From Anaeramoeba ignava BMAN (lineage: Eukaryota > Protista > Anaeramoebae), in contig JAPDFW010000117.1 in the NCBI GenBank assembly GCA_028826165.1, forward strand, positions 1 to 64,000: 64,000 bases of DNA. The letters are read 5' to 3'. Numbering within the stretch: the first letter of the stretch is position 1; each line of letters starts with the position of its first letter. Both the position numbers and the translations under genes were made by a program. The notes beneath the pieces are model-generated. The model did no database searches and had not been told where the DNA came from. It was given only the letters and a program-made list of their open reading frames with translations. Shown here one piece after another: positions 26,901 through 40,372 of this stretch.

Positions 26901-27496
26901 TGGATCACATTGAGCCTGGTTGTGTTTCTTGGAAAAGAGTCAATCTCCATCCTCCAAATATTTATAAAAAACTTGAAAACTGCAATTATGTCGTTGATAT
27001 CGGCAAAAAATTGGGTCTTCATTTAGTTAATATCTCCGGAAATAACATCCACGAAGGAAATAAAACACTCGTTCTTGGCTACGTTTGGCAGGCAATGGAA
27101 TATCACATCAAATCCATTTTGACAAAACTCAAAGTGATCCAAAGTGGGAAAATAACAGACAGCGTAATGGTCAAATGGGCAAATGAAAAAGTTTCAAATG
27201 CAGGCAAAAAAACTCAAATTCGGAACTTTCGAGATCGATCTATTCGCAACGGTATTTTCTTTGTTGATCTTGTTTATGCTATAAAACCTCAAGTTGTTAA
27301 TTATAGTTTTGTTCAAGATGGAAGTTCTGATTCTGAATGTATGAATAATGCTCTTTATGCAATCTCTTTATGTCGTAAAATTGGTGCTGAAATTTTTGTT
27401 ATTCCTGAAGATATTGTTGAAGTTAAACCGAAAATGCTTCTTACTGTTGTTGGTGAATTGATGAGAGTTTATAAGGAAATTCATCATAAAAATTAA
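20983..27496 (+). CDS. ~1341-aa long coiled-coil protein with a C-terminal fimbrin/plastin core (4 calponin-homology domains), 5 exons
   Basis: Exons 20983-21418, 22616-23086, 23469-24016, 24850-25308, 25385-27496, all GT-AG with matching phases. Fimbrin motifs [82 protein letters not shown]. Confidence 0.88.
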
Positions 27497-27892
27497 ATGA
27501 ATTTAGAAAAGAGAAAAAATTTTTATATTAGAAAAAGAGAAAAAATAATATAATCCTGAAAAGAAAAGAAAAAAAAAATAATATAATATAATCCTGAAAA
27601 GAAAAAGAAAATAATATAATCCTGAAAAGAAAAAAAAAAAGAATGATTTAGGAATTATTTGAAAGTTATTCTTAAATTCTTATTTCTTATTCTTATTCTT
27701 ATTCTTATTCTTAAATTTTTTTTTTCTCATTTGTTTTTGTTTTTTTTTCTTTTTTTCTTATTTTTAAGAAGAAAGAAAATTAAAAAAAGGAAAAATTAAA
27801 TAAAAAAAATTAAATAAAAAAACCTTTCATTTTTTCTTTCATTTTTTCTTTCATTTTTATTTTTTCTAATTACAAGACATTTCAAATTATAA

Positions 27893-29142
27893 ATGAAAAA
27901 AATTTATTTTTTGCTTCTTATTTTTATCTTCACATTTTCAGTAAAAACTGAATGTTCAGATTACACTGATTGTGAGTCCTGCATAGCGGATGCCAACTGT
28001 GGATATTATGCCGACATCCGAAACCAGACGCAACCGTACAAATACACATGTGTAGAGGGGACAGAATTCAATTGTGCCGATCCAAGTTGCGAGACGGAGC
28101 CTCATTTATATTTCCACAATTACTGTCCAATAGACGTTGAATGGTTTGAATCAAGACGAGCAATTCGGAAATATTTACCGGTTCCAATAAGTCATGAAAT
28201 CATTCTTGATATCATTACTTATGGAACCTGGGCTCCGTCCGCAATGGATTACCAACCTTGGCGGTTTTATGTCGTTGAAAATTCCACTTTGATCACAGAA
28301 ATTTCTGACTATATCGTTAAGGTTGCTAATGGTTCTTGTCCTCCACATGTTTTTTATGAGGCTCCTATCGTCATATTTATTTTTACTCTTAATTCCTGTC
28401 CTGGTTTCAGTGATGTTGATGTTGGTGTCGCTTTGCAGAATGTTTTGTTGAGTGCTTATTCTTATGGTCTTGCTACTTGTCCTATTGGTTTTTCTCGTTT
28501 AGGTGAACCTTTAATTCGAGAAGTTGTTGGAGCTGGTGAAGATGAAGTTTTTTCAATGGGAGTATTTTATCAAAACAAAACCAAACAAAACCAAATAAAA
28601 TCAAATATTTAATATTAACAAAATATTTATTAAATATTTAATATTAACAAAATATTTAATATTAACAAAATATTTAATAAATATTTAATAATAACAAAAT
28701 ATTTAATAAATATTTAATATTAACAAAATATTTAATAAATATTTAATATTAACAAAATATTTATTTAATATTTAATATTTAATATTAACAAAATATTTAA
28801 TATTAACAAAATATTTAATATCAATAAAACATCATTTAATATTAACAAAATATTTACAAACATTTAATAAATAATTAATATTAACAAAATATTTAATATT
28901 TAAATATTTAATATATATTTAATATTAACAAAATATTTAATAAATATTTAATATTAACAAAATATTTAATAAATATTTAATATTAACAAAATATTTAATA
29001 AATATTTAATATTAACAAAATATTTAATATTAACAAAATATTTACAAAATATTTTTATTTATTCTTTTAGGTTACTCTCGGTCATCCTGCAATTACAGCA
29101 GTTCATACAAGAAGACCTCCATATATCAAATATATTGATTAA
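27893..29142 (+). CDS. Signal peptide + Cys-rich PSI-like module + nitroreductase (FMN-dependent) domain, 2 exons, 246 aa
   Basis: Exons 27893-28561, 29071-29142. SRRAIRKY, APSAMDYQPWRFYVV, DVGVALQNVLLSAYSYGLATCPIG, spliced G|VTLGHP. Confidence 0.88.
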
Positions 29143-29369
29143 GATTAAATTTTGATTTTTTGAATTTGATTTGATTTGAATTTGATTTGAATTTGATTTG
29201 ATTTCTTTGAATTTTTGGAATTTGATTTTTGGAATTTTGATTTCTTTTTTCTTTATAATCCAAAAAGTTTCAAATCCAAAAAAAAATTTTTTTCATTTTT
29301 TCATTTTCATTTTTTTCATTTTTCATTTTTTCATTTTTTCATTTTTAATTTTAAAATTATTTTTCCCAA

Positions 29370-29948
29370 ATGCAAGAATTTAAACTTGTAATCGTTGGTG
29401 AATCAACAGTTGGAAAAACTTGTTTTTTTTGTAGTTCTTGGGAAAAAGCTTTTCCAAGATATCAACCATTAGCATTTGAACCAAATAGTTTAATAATGAA
29501 AATTTCCGAAGAAAAAAAAGTTTCTTTTCAACTTTGGGATACAGCAGGAAATGAAGATTATGATCATTTAAGACCATTAGCTTATCCAGAAACTGATATT
29601 GTTTTATTTATGTTTTCAGTTATTGATAAAAGATCATTTGAATATATTGAAAAAAGATGGATTCCTGAAATTGAAAAATTTTTGCCTTCTGTTAATAAAA
29701 TTCTTGTTGGTTCAAAAATGGATTTAAGAAAAAAATCCCCAAATAATGATCTAATTATATCAAATGATGATCTTATTCTTCCTGAAATCCCAAAAGAAGA
29801 AGGAATTAAATTGGCTAAAAAAATAAAAGCTTCTAAATATATTGAATGTTCTTCACTTAATCAAAAAGGATTAGAAACTGTTTTTAAAGAAGCTGCAAAA
29901 ATTTGTTTAGAAAAACCTGAAAAAAAGCCAAAATGCAAATTAAATTAA
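29370..29948 (+). CDS. Divergent Rho/Rac-family GTPase
   Basis: KLVIVGESTVGKT, LWDTAGNEDYDHLRPLAYPETD, VGSKMDLR, YIECSS, polybasic tail plus CKLN CaaX-like end; intronless. Confidence 0.92.
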   Translation: MQEFKLVIVGESTVGKTCFFCSSWEKAFPRYQPLAFEPNSLIMKISEEKKVSFQLWDTAGNEDYDHLRPLAYPETDIVLFMFSVIDKRSFEYIEKRWIPEIEKFLPSVNKILVGSKMDLRKKSPNNDLIISNDDLILPEIPKEEGIKLAKKIKASKYIECSSLNQKGLETVFKEAAKICLEKPEKKPKCKLN

Positions 29949-30009
29949 ATTAAAAATTAAAAATTAAAAATTAAAAATTAAAAATTAAAAATTTTGTTTT
30001 ATCCACTTT

Positions 30010-32501
30010 CTATTCAGAATTATCAGGAACAAAATAAAAAGCAGACAAAAAAAGTGCATAAATAAAAACTAAAGCAATTCCTTCAAAATAATTTGCTCTT
30101 CCTCGATTGGACATGTAATTCAAAATCAAAACAGCAAAAATAACACAAAAAACATCCAAATTTGAGAAAATTAAAGTGTAAGAAGTAGAAGCATGACCAG
30201 AACTTGTAAGAGCAGTAAACAACACTAAAACAGGAATTTGAATTAACCCGATTTGGATTGCAGCTGAAGATCCAATTTCAATACTTAAGGAAATATTGTT
30301 TTGTAATGCAAATTGAATTGCATTTACAAATTCTGCTGTGTTTGGAATCAAAGCAATAAAAGTTAATCCAACAAAATTTTCTGAAAGTCCCAATTTTTTT
30401 AAAGATGGTTCAATTTTCTTGGAAAGGATTTCTGCAACAGTAGCAAAAATGACTGTTGCAATAAGAAGAACAATGATAGATTTGAGTCTACTCCATTCAG
30501 GAGCATCATGTTCTGCTTTTTTTTTATGAATTTTTTGATTTTCTTGATTTTCTTGATTTTCTTTAATTTTTTCTTGATTTTCTTCATTTTTTTGATTTTT
30601 TGAATTTTTGGATCGTTTCTTTTGTAAAATTTTCAAATTCTTTCTTTCTTCTTCTCTATTCACAAAATATTGTTGATCATAAATATGAGCATGTGTTTTG
30701 AGTGTATAAACCAATCCCAAAATATAAGCAAGAGGCAAAACACAAGCACAGACATACATCAGAGGTTTTGCTGAATGAGTATAATTATAATCATTATCAA
30801 GATCATGCTCTTTATACGTGCATTCTTGGCAATCCAACGGATTTTGTGAAATACAACTCCCACAAGAAAGTTGATATTTCGCATAAACTTGATAATAAAC
30901 AGTTGGAACAAAACCTCCAATTACTGATATTAATAGCAAAACTGAAGAAACTCCAGCTGAAATTGTGTTGAAACTTTGCTCCTTAAATTTCATCCCTGAA
31001 ATCACCATTGATAATCCAGGAAGTAAAAGCATTGTCCCCATAAGTGATCCAGTAACAGCTGAACGCACCATTTTGAGGAGGTTTTTCTTCACTGAAAAAT
31101 AATATAAAATAAGCTCCACAATTGATCCAAAAGTTGCATTAAGAACGGCTCCAACCGCAAATGTGCTTTGTGCAGAAAGACTGCTGATTGCCAATCCAAT
31201 GAAATATGCACATGGAATTGTTGATAATAAACAAAGGAAAAAAACCAACAATGGATTCCCCAATGGTTTGTCTTCAGGAATAAGCAATCCAAACAATATT
31301 GAGATGACAACTATGGGAATCAAATCAACCAGCAAAATATTCACTCCATTTATTGAATATTTGTAATAATGTTTGTTCACAGCTCGAATTGTGAATAGTA
31401 TCGGTTTTGTCTCAAATCTTGGATTCGATGTGAGAATTTTTGATACTTGAATCAATTCTGGATTTTTCATTAATTCCTTAAAAAGTGTCATGTTGAATTT
31501 TCCCATTGGAATAAAAAATATAAAGAAATAATTCAATAAAAAGGAGATTGTATGTATAATTGCAAGTAAAGGAGCTGTGATTTTTCAATTTATATTTTTA
31601 TATTTTTATATTTTTGAAATTAATTCCTTTTCTTTTGAAAAAGAAATATTTTATTTAATTAATACAAACCAGGAATAATATACCAAAAAAACTTCCCAAT
31701 TTTATCAATTATTGATGATTTTGATTGATTTGATTTGATTAAAAATTTTCCAAATGGCCAAATTATATAACCTGAAAGAATAAATAATTTTTTTGAATAT
31801 TTTTTTCCAAAAAAAGTTAATAACATGATTAATGATAAAATAAGATAAATCAAAGCAAGCCACCATCCAAATAAAATTACCCATAAGATATTTCCAAAAC
31901 TAATAAGACTAGCTAATAATTTTAATTTTATAAATAAATTTTAATTTTATAAATGAATTTTAATAAATAAATTTTAATCACTTTTCTTTTTCCGATTTTC
32001 ATTTGAATTTTCAACAGAATTATCCAAAAAATTATTCATTTCAGGTATTTTTTGAGGAGATTTTCTTTGAATGATTCCTGAACTCCAAGGTTTAAAACCA
32101 AATAAAGCATTTAAATGTTCTTGTCTATTTTTTAAAGAAATTTTTGGAATATTTTCTTCTTTTGAAGAAATATCTTTTTCAGAAGAATCTGAAGTATGAA
32201 TGATTTGATTATTATTGTTATTTTGATTTTGATTTTGATTTTGATTTTGATTTTCAATTTCCAATTCAATTTCATTTTGATTTTCAATTATTAATTCATT
32301 TTCATTTTCATTTTGATTTTGATTTTGATTTTGATTTTGATTTTCAATTTCCAATTCAATTTCATTTTGATTTTCATTTTCATTTTGATTTTCATTTTGA
32401 TTTTGGTTTTCATTTTCATTCTCATTCTCATTTTCAATTATTAATTCATTATCTTGTTGATTATCTAATAAAGAAAGTTGTAAATCTGATTTTAAATTCA
32501 T
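30010..32501 (-). CDS. Cation/H+ antiporter, VNX1/type II CAX-like, with N-terminal YccF (DUF307) module, 3 exons
   Basis: Exons 32501-31982, 31912-31670, 31574-30010. GNILWVILFGWWLAL...WPFGK; alpha-repeats GAVLNATFGSIVEL and IALIPNTAEFVNAIQFA. Confidence 0.88.
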
Positions 32502-32706
32502 TTCTTATTTTATTAAAAAAAAAATGAAAAAATTGAAAAATTGAAAAAAATTTTTTTATTGAAAAAAAAAACTCAAAAAAAATTTTCCTTTTTTGGATTT
32601 TTTTAATTTTAATTTTATCACATTTTCTCTTCTATTAGAAATGAAACTACCATAATTAAATCAAAGAAAATGTGTGTTTGTTTTGTTTTGTTTTGGAAAA
32701 AAAGAA

Positions 32707-34871
32707 TTATTGATTTTTCTTTTGAAGTTTTCTATTTAAATTTCGAATGAGATAAATTGCTCCAAAAACTGGAAGAGCAATTGTTCCAAGAAAAACTAAA
32801 ATATCAAGATGTTTACTAATAATAAAATATGAAAAGAAAAATATTTCGAATTAATTATAAATTTAATTATAAATTATAATTATAATTATAAATTTAATTA
32901 TAAATTTCATTATAAATTTTATTATAAATTTAATTATAAATTTAATTATAAATTTAATTATAAATTTTATTATAAATTTAATTATAAATTTAATTTATAA
33001 ATTTCATTTAAATTTAATTATAAATTTAATTATAAATTTAATTATAAATTTAATTATAAATTTAATTATAAATTTAAATTTAATTATAAAATTTAATTAT
33101 AAATTTAATTATAAATTTAATTATAAATTTAATTATAAATTTAATTATAAATTTAATTATAAATTTAATTATAAATTTTATTATAAATTTAATTATAAAT
33201 TTAATTATAAATTTAATTATAAATTTAATTATAAATTTAATTATAAATTTCATTATAAAATTTAATTATAAATTTAATTATAAATTTAATTATAAATTTA
33301 ATTATAAATTTAATTATATATTTAATTATAAATTTAATTATAAATTTAATTATAAATTTAATTATAAATTTAATTAAATTTATATAATTTTTAGTTTATA
33401 ATTTTAGTTATAAATATAATTATAAATTTAATTATAAAATTTAATTATAAATTTAATTATAAATATAATTATAAATTTAATTATAAATATAATTATAAAT
33501 TTAATTATAAATTTAATTATAAATTTAATTTTAAATTATAAATTTAATTATAAATTTAATTATAAATTTAATTATAATTTTAAATTTAAATTTAATTATA
33601 AATTTAATTATTATAAATTTAATTATAAATTTCATTTTAAATTTAATTATAAAATTAATTATAAAATTAATTATAAATTTAATTATAAATTTAATTATAA
33701 ATTTAATTATAAATTTAATTTTAATTTAATTATAAATTTAATTATAAATTTAATTATAAATTTAATTATAAATTTAATTATAAATTTAATTATAAATTTA
33801 ATTATAAATTTAATTATAAATTTAATTATAAATTTAATTATAAATTTAATTATAAATATAATTATAAATTTAATTATAAATTTAATTATAAATTTAGCAA
33901 TTAGAAAGCTTACAATCTTCCTTCAGGAATTGGAAGTTCTTCAGTAATCCAAACAGATTTTGTATCGATATATTCTTTAATTCCAGAAGTAGATCTTTGG
34001 AAAAATATTCTTGCAGAAGGAAGAGTAAATTCTTTTGAAGTTTCATCAAGAGAAAAAGCTTCCAAATCACTGAATTTAATCAAATATTCATTAAATTGCC
34101 AAGAAACAGTTGCCTAAAAAATTATAAAATTAAAATTAAAATTAAAATTAAAATTAATATTAAAATTATAATTAAAATTAAAATTAAAATTAAAATTAAA
34201 ATTAAAATTAAAATTAAAATTAAAATTAAAATTAAAATTAAAATTAAAATTAAAATTAAAATTAAAATCAAAATTAAAATTAAAATTAAAATTAAAATTA
34301 AAATTAAAATTAAAATTAAAATTAAAATTAAAATTAAAATTAAAATTAAAAATTAAAATTAAAATCAAAATTAAAATTAAAATTAAAATTAAAATTAAAA
34401 TTAAAATTAAAATTAAAATTAAAATCAAAATTAAAATTAAAATTAAAATTAAAATTAAAATTAAAATCAAAATTAAAATTAAAATCAAAATAAAATTAAA
34501 ATTAAAATCAAAATCAAAATCAAAATCAAAATTAAAATTAAAATTAAAATTAAAATTAAAATTAAAATTAAAATTAAAATTAGAATTAAAATTTTATGTT
34601 GAGATTTTTATACCTTAGAAAATTTTGCAAGAGGAGTTCCAGAAAGTAAAGTAAATTCAGGTGGAACTTCATCAATAAAATCAATATCCAAAACTTCGAA
34701 AGGTTGTTCTGCAATTAATCTTATTCCAAGACGAATTGAATATGTTTTGTTATTTTGATAAAATGCTTCTTTTGAAACTTCAATAAATCCGTTGTTTGTA
34801 AGTGAACCTTCAAATGCAAAAATATATGGTAATGCAAATAGTATTATAATTACCAATTTTGTTATCTTCAT
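32707..34871 (-). CDS. Type I membrane protein resembling translocon-associated protein beta (TRAP-beta/SSR2), 3 exons, 188 aa
   Basis: Exons 34871-34614, 34113-33914, 32815-32707. Signal peptide, DIDFIDEVPPEFTLLSG (cf. DVELSDDSFPPEDFGIVSG), FTLPSARIFF, one C-terminal TM helix and a basic tail. Confidence 0.6.
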
Positions 34872-34989
34872 TATTAATCCTTTTTTTTTCTTTTTTTTTT
34901 GGAAAAGAAATTTGAAAAAAATGAAAAAAAAAAATTTAAAAATTAAAAAAAATTTTTTTGTTTAGTTTTTTTTCTTTTTTTAAAATTTC

Positions 34990-36295
34990 TTTAATAAACA
35001 TATTTACTTAATTTTAATAACTTTAAATTAATAATTAATTATGTTTTTATTTTTATTTAATTTGAATTAATAATATTATTGATTAAATTAATATTTATAT
35101 CTATTTATTCATTTTATATTTAAATAATTAAATTGAAATATTTTTAATAAACATATAAACTTAATTTTAATAACTTTAAATTAATAATTAATTATGTTTT
35201 TATTTCTATTTAATTTGAAATAATAATATTATTGATTAAATTAATATTTATGTCTATTTATTCATTTTATATTTTAATAATTAAATTGAAATATTTTTAA
35301 TAAACATATAAACTTAATTTTAATAAATTTAAATTAATAATTAATTATGTTTTTATTTTTATTTAATTTGAAATAATAATATTATTGATTAAATTAATAT
35401 TTATATTTATTTATTCATTTTATATTTTAAATAATTAAATTGAAATATTTTTAATAAACATATAAACTTAATTTTAATAAATTTAAATTAATAATTAGTT
35501 ATGTTTTTATTTCTATTTAATTTGAATTAATAATATTATTGATTAAATTAATATTTATATCTATTTATTCATTTTATATTTAAATAATTAAATTGAAATA
35601 TTTTTAATAAAAATATTACACTTAATTTTAATAACTTTTAAATTAATAATTAATTATGTTTTTATTTCTATTTAATTTTAAATAATAATATTATTGATTA
35701 AATTAATATTTATGTCTATTTATTCATTTTATATTTTAATAATTAAATTGGAATATTTTTAATAAAAATATTTACTTAATTTTAATAACTTTAAATTAAT
35801 AATTAATTATGTTTTTATTTCTATTTAATTTGAAATAACATTATTATTGATTAAATTAATATTTATATTTATTTATTAAGCTTATATTTAATAATTAAAT
35901 TGAAATATTTTTAATAAAAATATACACTTAATTTTAATAACTTTAAATTAATAATTAGTTATGTTTTTATTTCTATTTAATTTGAAATAATAATATTATT
36001 GATTAAATTAATATTTATATCTATTTATTCATTTTATATTTTAATAATTAAATTGAAATATTTTTAATAAACATATTTACTTAATTTTAATAAATTTAAA
36101 TTATTAATTAGTTATGTTTTTATTTTTATTTAATTTGAATTAATAATATTATTGATTAAATTAATATTTATATCTATTTATTCAGTTTATATTTTAATAA
36201 TTAAATTGGAATATTTTTAATAAACATATTTACTTAATTTTAATAACTTTAAATTATTAATTAATTATGTTTTTATTTTTATTTAATTTTAATTT
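34990..36295. repeat. AT-rich tandem array, ~153-bp unit, ~8.5-9 copies
   Basis: ATGTTTTTAT at 35041, 35194, 35347, 35501, 35656, 35809, 35961, 36114, 36267. Confidence 0.94.
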
Positions 36296-36492
36296 TTCAT
36301 TTAATAAGAAAAATTTTGGAAAATTAAATTTGGAATGTCAAAAAAAATTCTAACAAAAAAAAATTATTTTTTTCATTTTCATTTTCATTTTTTTTTTTTT
36401 AGATTATTAATCAACAATTAATTAATTAAATAAATAAATTTTGATTACAAACTTATAAATAAAAAAAATAAAAAAAATAATTAAATTTTAAA

Positions 36493-39400
36493 ATGAGTGT
36501 TTTACTTTTTATTTTAATTTTTGGGGGTATTTGTTGTTTTTTATTAGCTTTTGGTATTGGAATGAATAACGCAGCAAATTCGTAAGTTTAAAATTAAATT
36601 AAATTAAATTAAAAAAAATTTTTTTCTTCTTTATTTTTTAATTAAAATATTTTTTTCCGATTTTTAAATTGAAAAATTTAATTTCTTTTTTTTTTTTTAA
36701 AAGAATTTCAACTGCAGTTGGTTCAAAAGCAATTTCTGTTAAAAAAGCATTGATTTTAGGAAGTTTTTTTGAAGTTTTTGGAGCTGTTTTAATTGGATCA
36801 TTTGTTGCTAAAACAATTTCTAAAGGAATTATTGATCCAAATGATTTTATTGGAAAAAACAAACAATTTTCACTTGGTATGCTTTCTTCTTTACTTGGAA
36901 GTACTCTTTGGCTTTTTCTTGCAACTTATTGGGCGTAATTTCTATTTTAAAATTAAATTTAAAATTAAAATTAAAATTAAAATTAAAATTAAAATTAAAA
37001 TGAAAATTAAAATTAAAATCAAAATTAAAATATAAATCAAAATCAAAATCAAAATTAAAATCTAAATCAAAATTATTTTTTTTAAATAGATTACCTGTTT
37101 CAACAACTCATTCAATAGTTGGGTAAATAAATATAAATAAAATATATAATCCAAAAATAAAATAAAATATTAATTATTTTTTTGGTTGTTCCACTTTTTT
37201 TTAATTAAAATTTAAAGAGGAATTTTGGGATTTGCAATGTATGTTTATGGTCCAAAAGTTGTAAATACAAAATCATTAATAAATATTGTACTTTCATGGG
37301 TTATTTCACCTGTATCAGGTTTTATAGTTTCATGGGCAATGTATACATTAGTTAAAAAAACAATACTAAACAAAAAAACAAATGAACAAAGTTTTAAAGC
37401 AGCAAAACTTTGGACACCAATTCATTTTGGATTTACAATATCAACAATGATACTTTTCTTTCTTGAAAGTAGCTCAAAATCATTTAATTTTAAATTTGCA
37501 ATTTGGATAATGGTTTTAATATTCTTTTTATCATGGATTTTAGCATGGTTTATTTGTTATAAATGGATTTTAAAAATTTATCTCAGAAAAGCTTTAAAAC
37601 CTAAAGAATTTGATATTGATGTTGATGAAATGAGAAAACAAATTGGAGTATTTGATTCTTTTGAAATAATTGATTTAAATTTAGAAGAATATCAAGATCA
37701 TGGATTTATTAAAGATGAAAGAGCTGCTGAAGAATTTAAATTTATTATTGAACCAGAAAAATTAACTGAAATTCCAGTTGATGATAAAAATTGGAAAATT
37801 TTAACTGAAGATGAATTTATAACTGAATTTTCTGAATCTATTCCTGATAATAAATCAGAAATTAAATTGGAAGAATTTGAACTTCAAGAGTTAAAAACTG
37901 ATGAAGATCAAAATACAGATCAAAATAAAGATCAAACTGAAACTAATTTTGATGATGATTATGAAGAATTAAATTTAATGAAACAAATTGAAAATAAAAC
38001 AAAACAACAAATTAAAGAAGGAAAAGATCCAAATGAACCAGTAATTTCACCTTATAAAGTTGAAATTGAAAAACTTGGAGGAACAGTTCCATTATTTATG
38101 TTATTACAAGTTATAACAGCAATGTTTGTTGCATTTGGACATGGAGGTGTAAATAATCAATTCAAAAATCAATTCAAAAATCAAAATTAAAATTAAAATC
38201 AAAATAAAATCAAAATCAAAATCAAAATTAAAATTAAAATTAAAATTAAAATTAAAATTAAAATTAAAATTAAATTCAAAATGAAAATCAAAATTAAAAT
38301 TAAAATTAAAATATAAATTAAAATTAAAATTAAAATTTAAATTATAATTAAAATCAAAATTAAAATTAAAATTAAAATTAAAATCAAAATCAAAATCAAA
38401 ATCAAAATCAAAATCAAAATCAAAATCAAAATCAAAAATAAATTTAAATTCAATTTAAAATCAAAATCAAAATCAAAATTTAAATTAAAAATTATTTAGA
38501 ATGATACTGCACTTGCAACAGCACCATTTGGATCAATTTATAGTGTTTATACATCAGGAGATGTAACAAAAGCACAAGTTTCATTTTGGGTTCTTGCAGT
38601 TGGAGGATTTGCATTAGCATTAGGATTATTAATATTTGGACATAGAGTTTTAATAACAGTTGGTGAAAAAATTACATTATTAACTCCAACTGGAGGTTAT
38701 ATTTCACAATTATCAACAGCATTAACAACAGTTGTTTGTTCGCTTTTAGGAATGCCTATTTCTATAACACATATTCTTATTGGAGCAGTTCTTGGATATG
38801 GAGTTAGTCTTTATGGTAGATTATTAAATTAAATTATTAAATAAAATATTAAATAAAATATTAAATAAATTATTAAATAAAAAGTGGAATAAAATATTAA
38901 ATAAATTATTAAATAAAAAGTGGAATAAAAAGTGGAATAAAAAGTGGAATAAAATATTAAATAAATTATTAAATTAATTATTAAATAAAATATTAAATAA
39001 AATATTAAATAAAATATTAAATAAATTATTAAATAAAATATTAAATAAATTATTAAATAAATTATTAAATAAAATTATTAAATAAAATATTAAATAAAAT
39101 TATTAAATAAATTATTAAATAAATTATTAAATAAATTATTAAATAAATTATTAAATAAATTATTAAATAAAATATTAAATAAAATATTAAAATAAATTAT
39201 TAAATAAAATTATTAAATAAAATATTAAATAAAATATTAAATAAATTATTAAATAAAATATTATTAAATAAATTATTAAATAAAACATTAAATAAATTAT
39301 TAAATAAAATATTAAATAAAACATTAAATAAAAATATTAAATAAAATATTAAATAAATTATTAAATAAAAAATTATGGAATAAAATATTAAATAAAATAT

Positions 39401-39991
39401 TAAATAAAATATTAAATAAATTATTAAATAAAAGTGGAATAAAAATTGGAATAAAAATGGAATAAAAAATATTAAATAAAATATTAAATAAAAAAAATGG
39501 AATAAAATATTAAATAAAATGTGGAATAAAATATTAAATAAAATATTAAATAAAATATTAAATAAAATATTAAATAAAAAGTGGAATAAATTATTAAATA
39601 AATTATTAAATAAATTATTAAATAAAATATTAAATAAATTATTAAATTAATTATTAAATAAATTATTAAATAAAATATTAAATAAAAGGTGGAATAAATT
39701 ATTAAATAAAATATTAAATAAAATATTAAATAAAATATTAAATAAATTATTAAATAAAATATTAAATAAAATATTAAATAAAATAATAAAAAGTGGAATA
39801 AAAATTGGAACAAAATATTAAATAAAAATATTATTTTTAATTTCTTAATAGGTTGGTCAACTGGAATTAATGGAAAAATGATTTTTAAAATTGTTGTTAG
39901 TTGGTTAGTTACTCTTCCAATTTCTGCAATTACAGCAATTATGATTTTTTCAATTCTTCGTCCTTTATGTGGAAATTTTATTGAAGATTAA
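36493..39991 (+). CDS. PiT/SLC20 (PHO4-domain) inorganic anion transporter, copy 1, 6 exons
   Basis: Exons 36493-36581, 36704-36934, 37090-37122, 37218-38148, 38500-38815, 39852-39991. AFGIGMNNAANS|ISTAVGS, LPVSTTHSIVG, SWVISP, HGG|ND, GMPISITH, SWLVTLP. Confidence 0.92.
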
Positions 39992-40372
39992 AATCAAAAA
40001 ACAAAATTAGGAATTAATTTTTGATTACTTATTAAAATTTTTTTTAGAAAGAAATTTGAAAATAATCAATAAAAAAAATCAATAAAAATCAATATATAAA
40101 ATCAATAAAAAATCAATAAATAAAATCAATATTAAAAAAAATATTTTTTTATTGATGAAAGAAAAGTTGATTTGATTTTTATTTAAAATTAAAAAGAAGA
40201 AGAAAAAAAATTTATTTTTTAATTTTTTGATTTTAATTTGCTTTGTTGGTTTTTTTATTTTTAATTTTTAATTTTTTTTATTTCATTTTTTTTCTATTTT
40301 TCCTCATAATTCCTAAATAGAATTTAAATAAGAATTTAAAATAGAATTTAAATTAAAATTTATAAAAACAAA

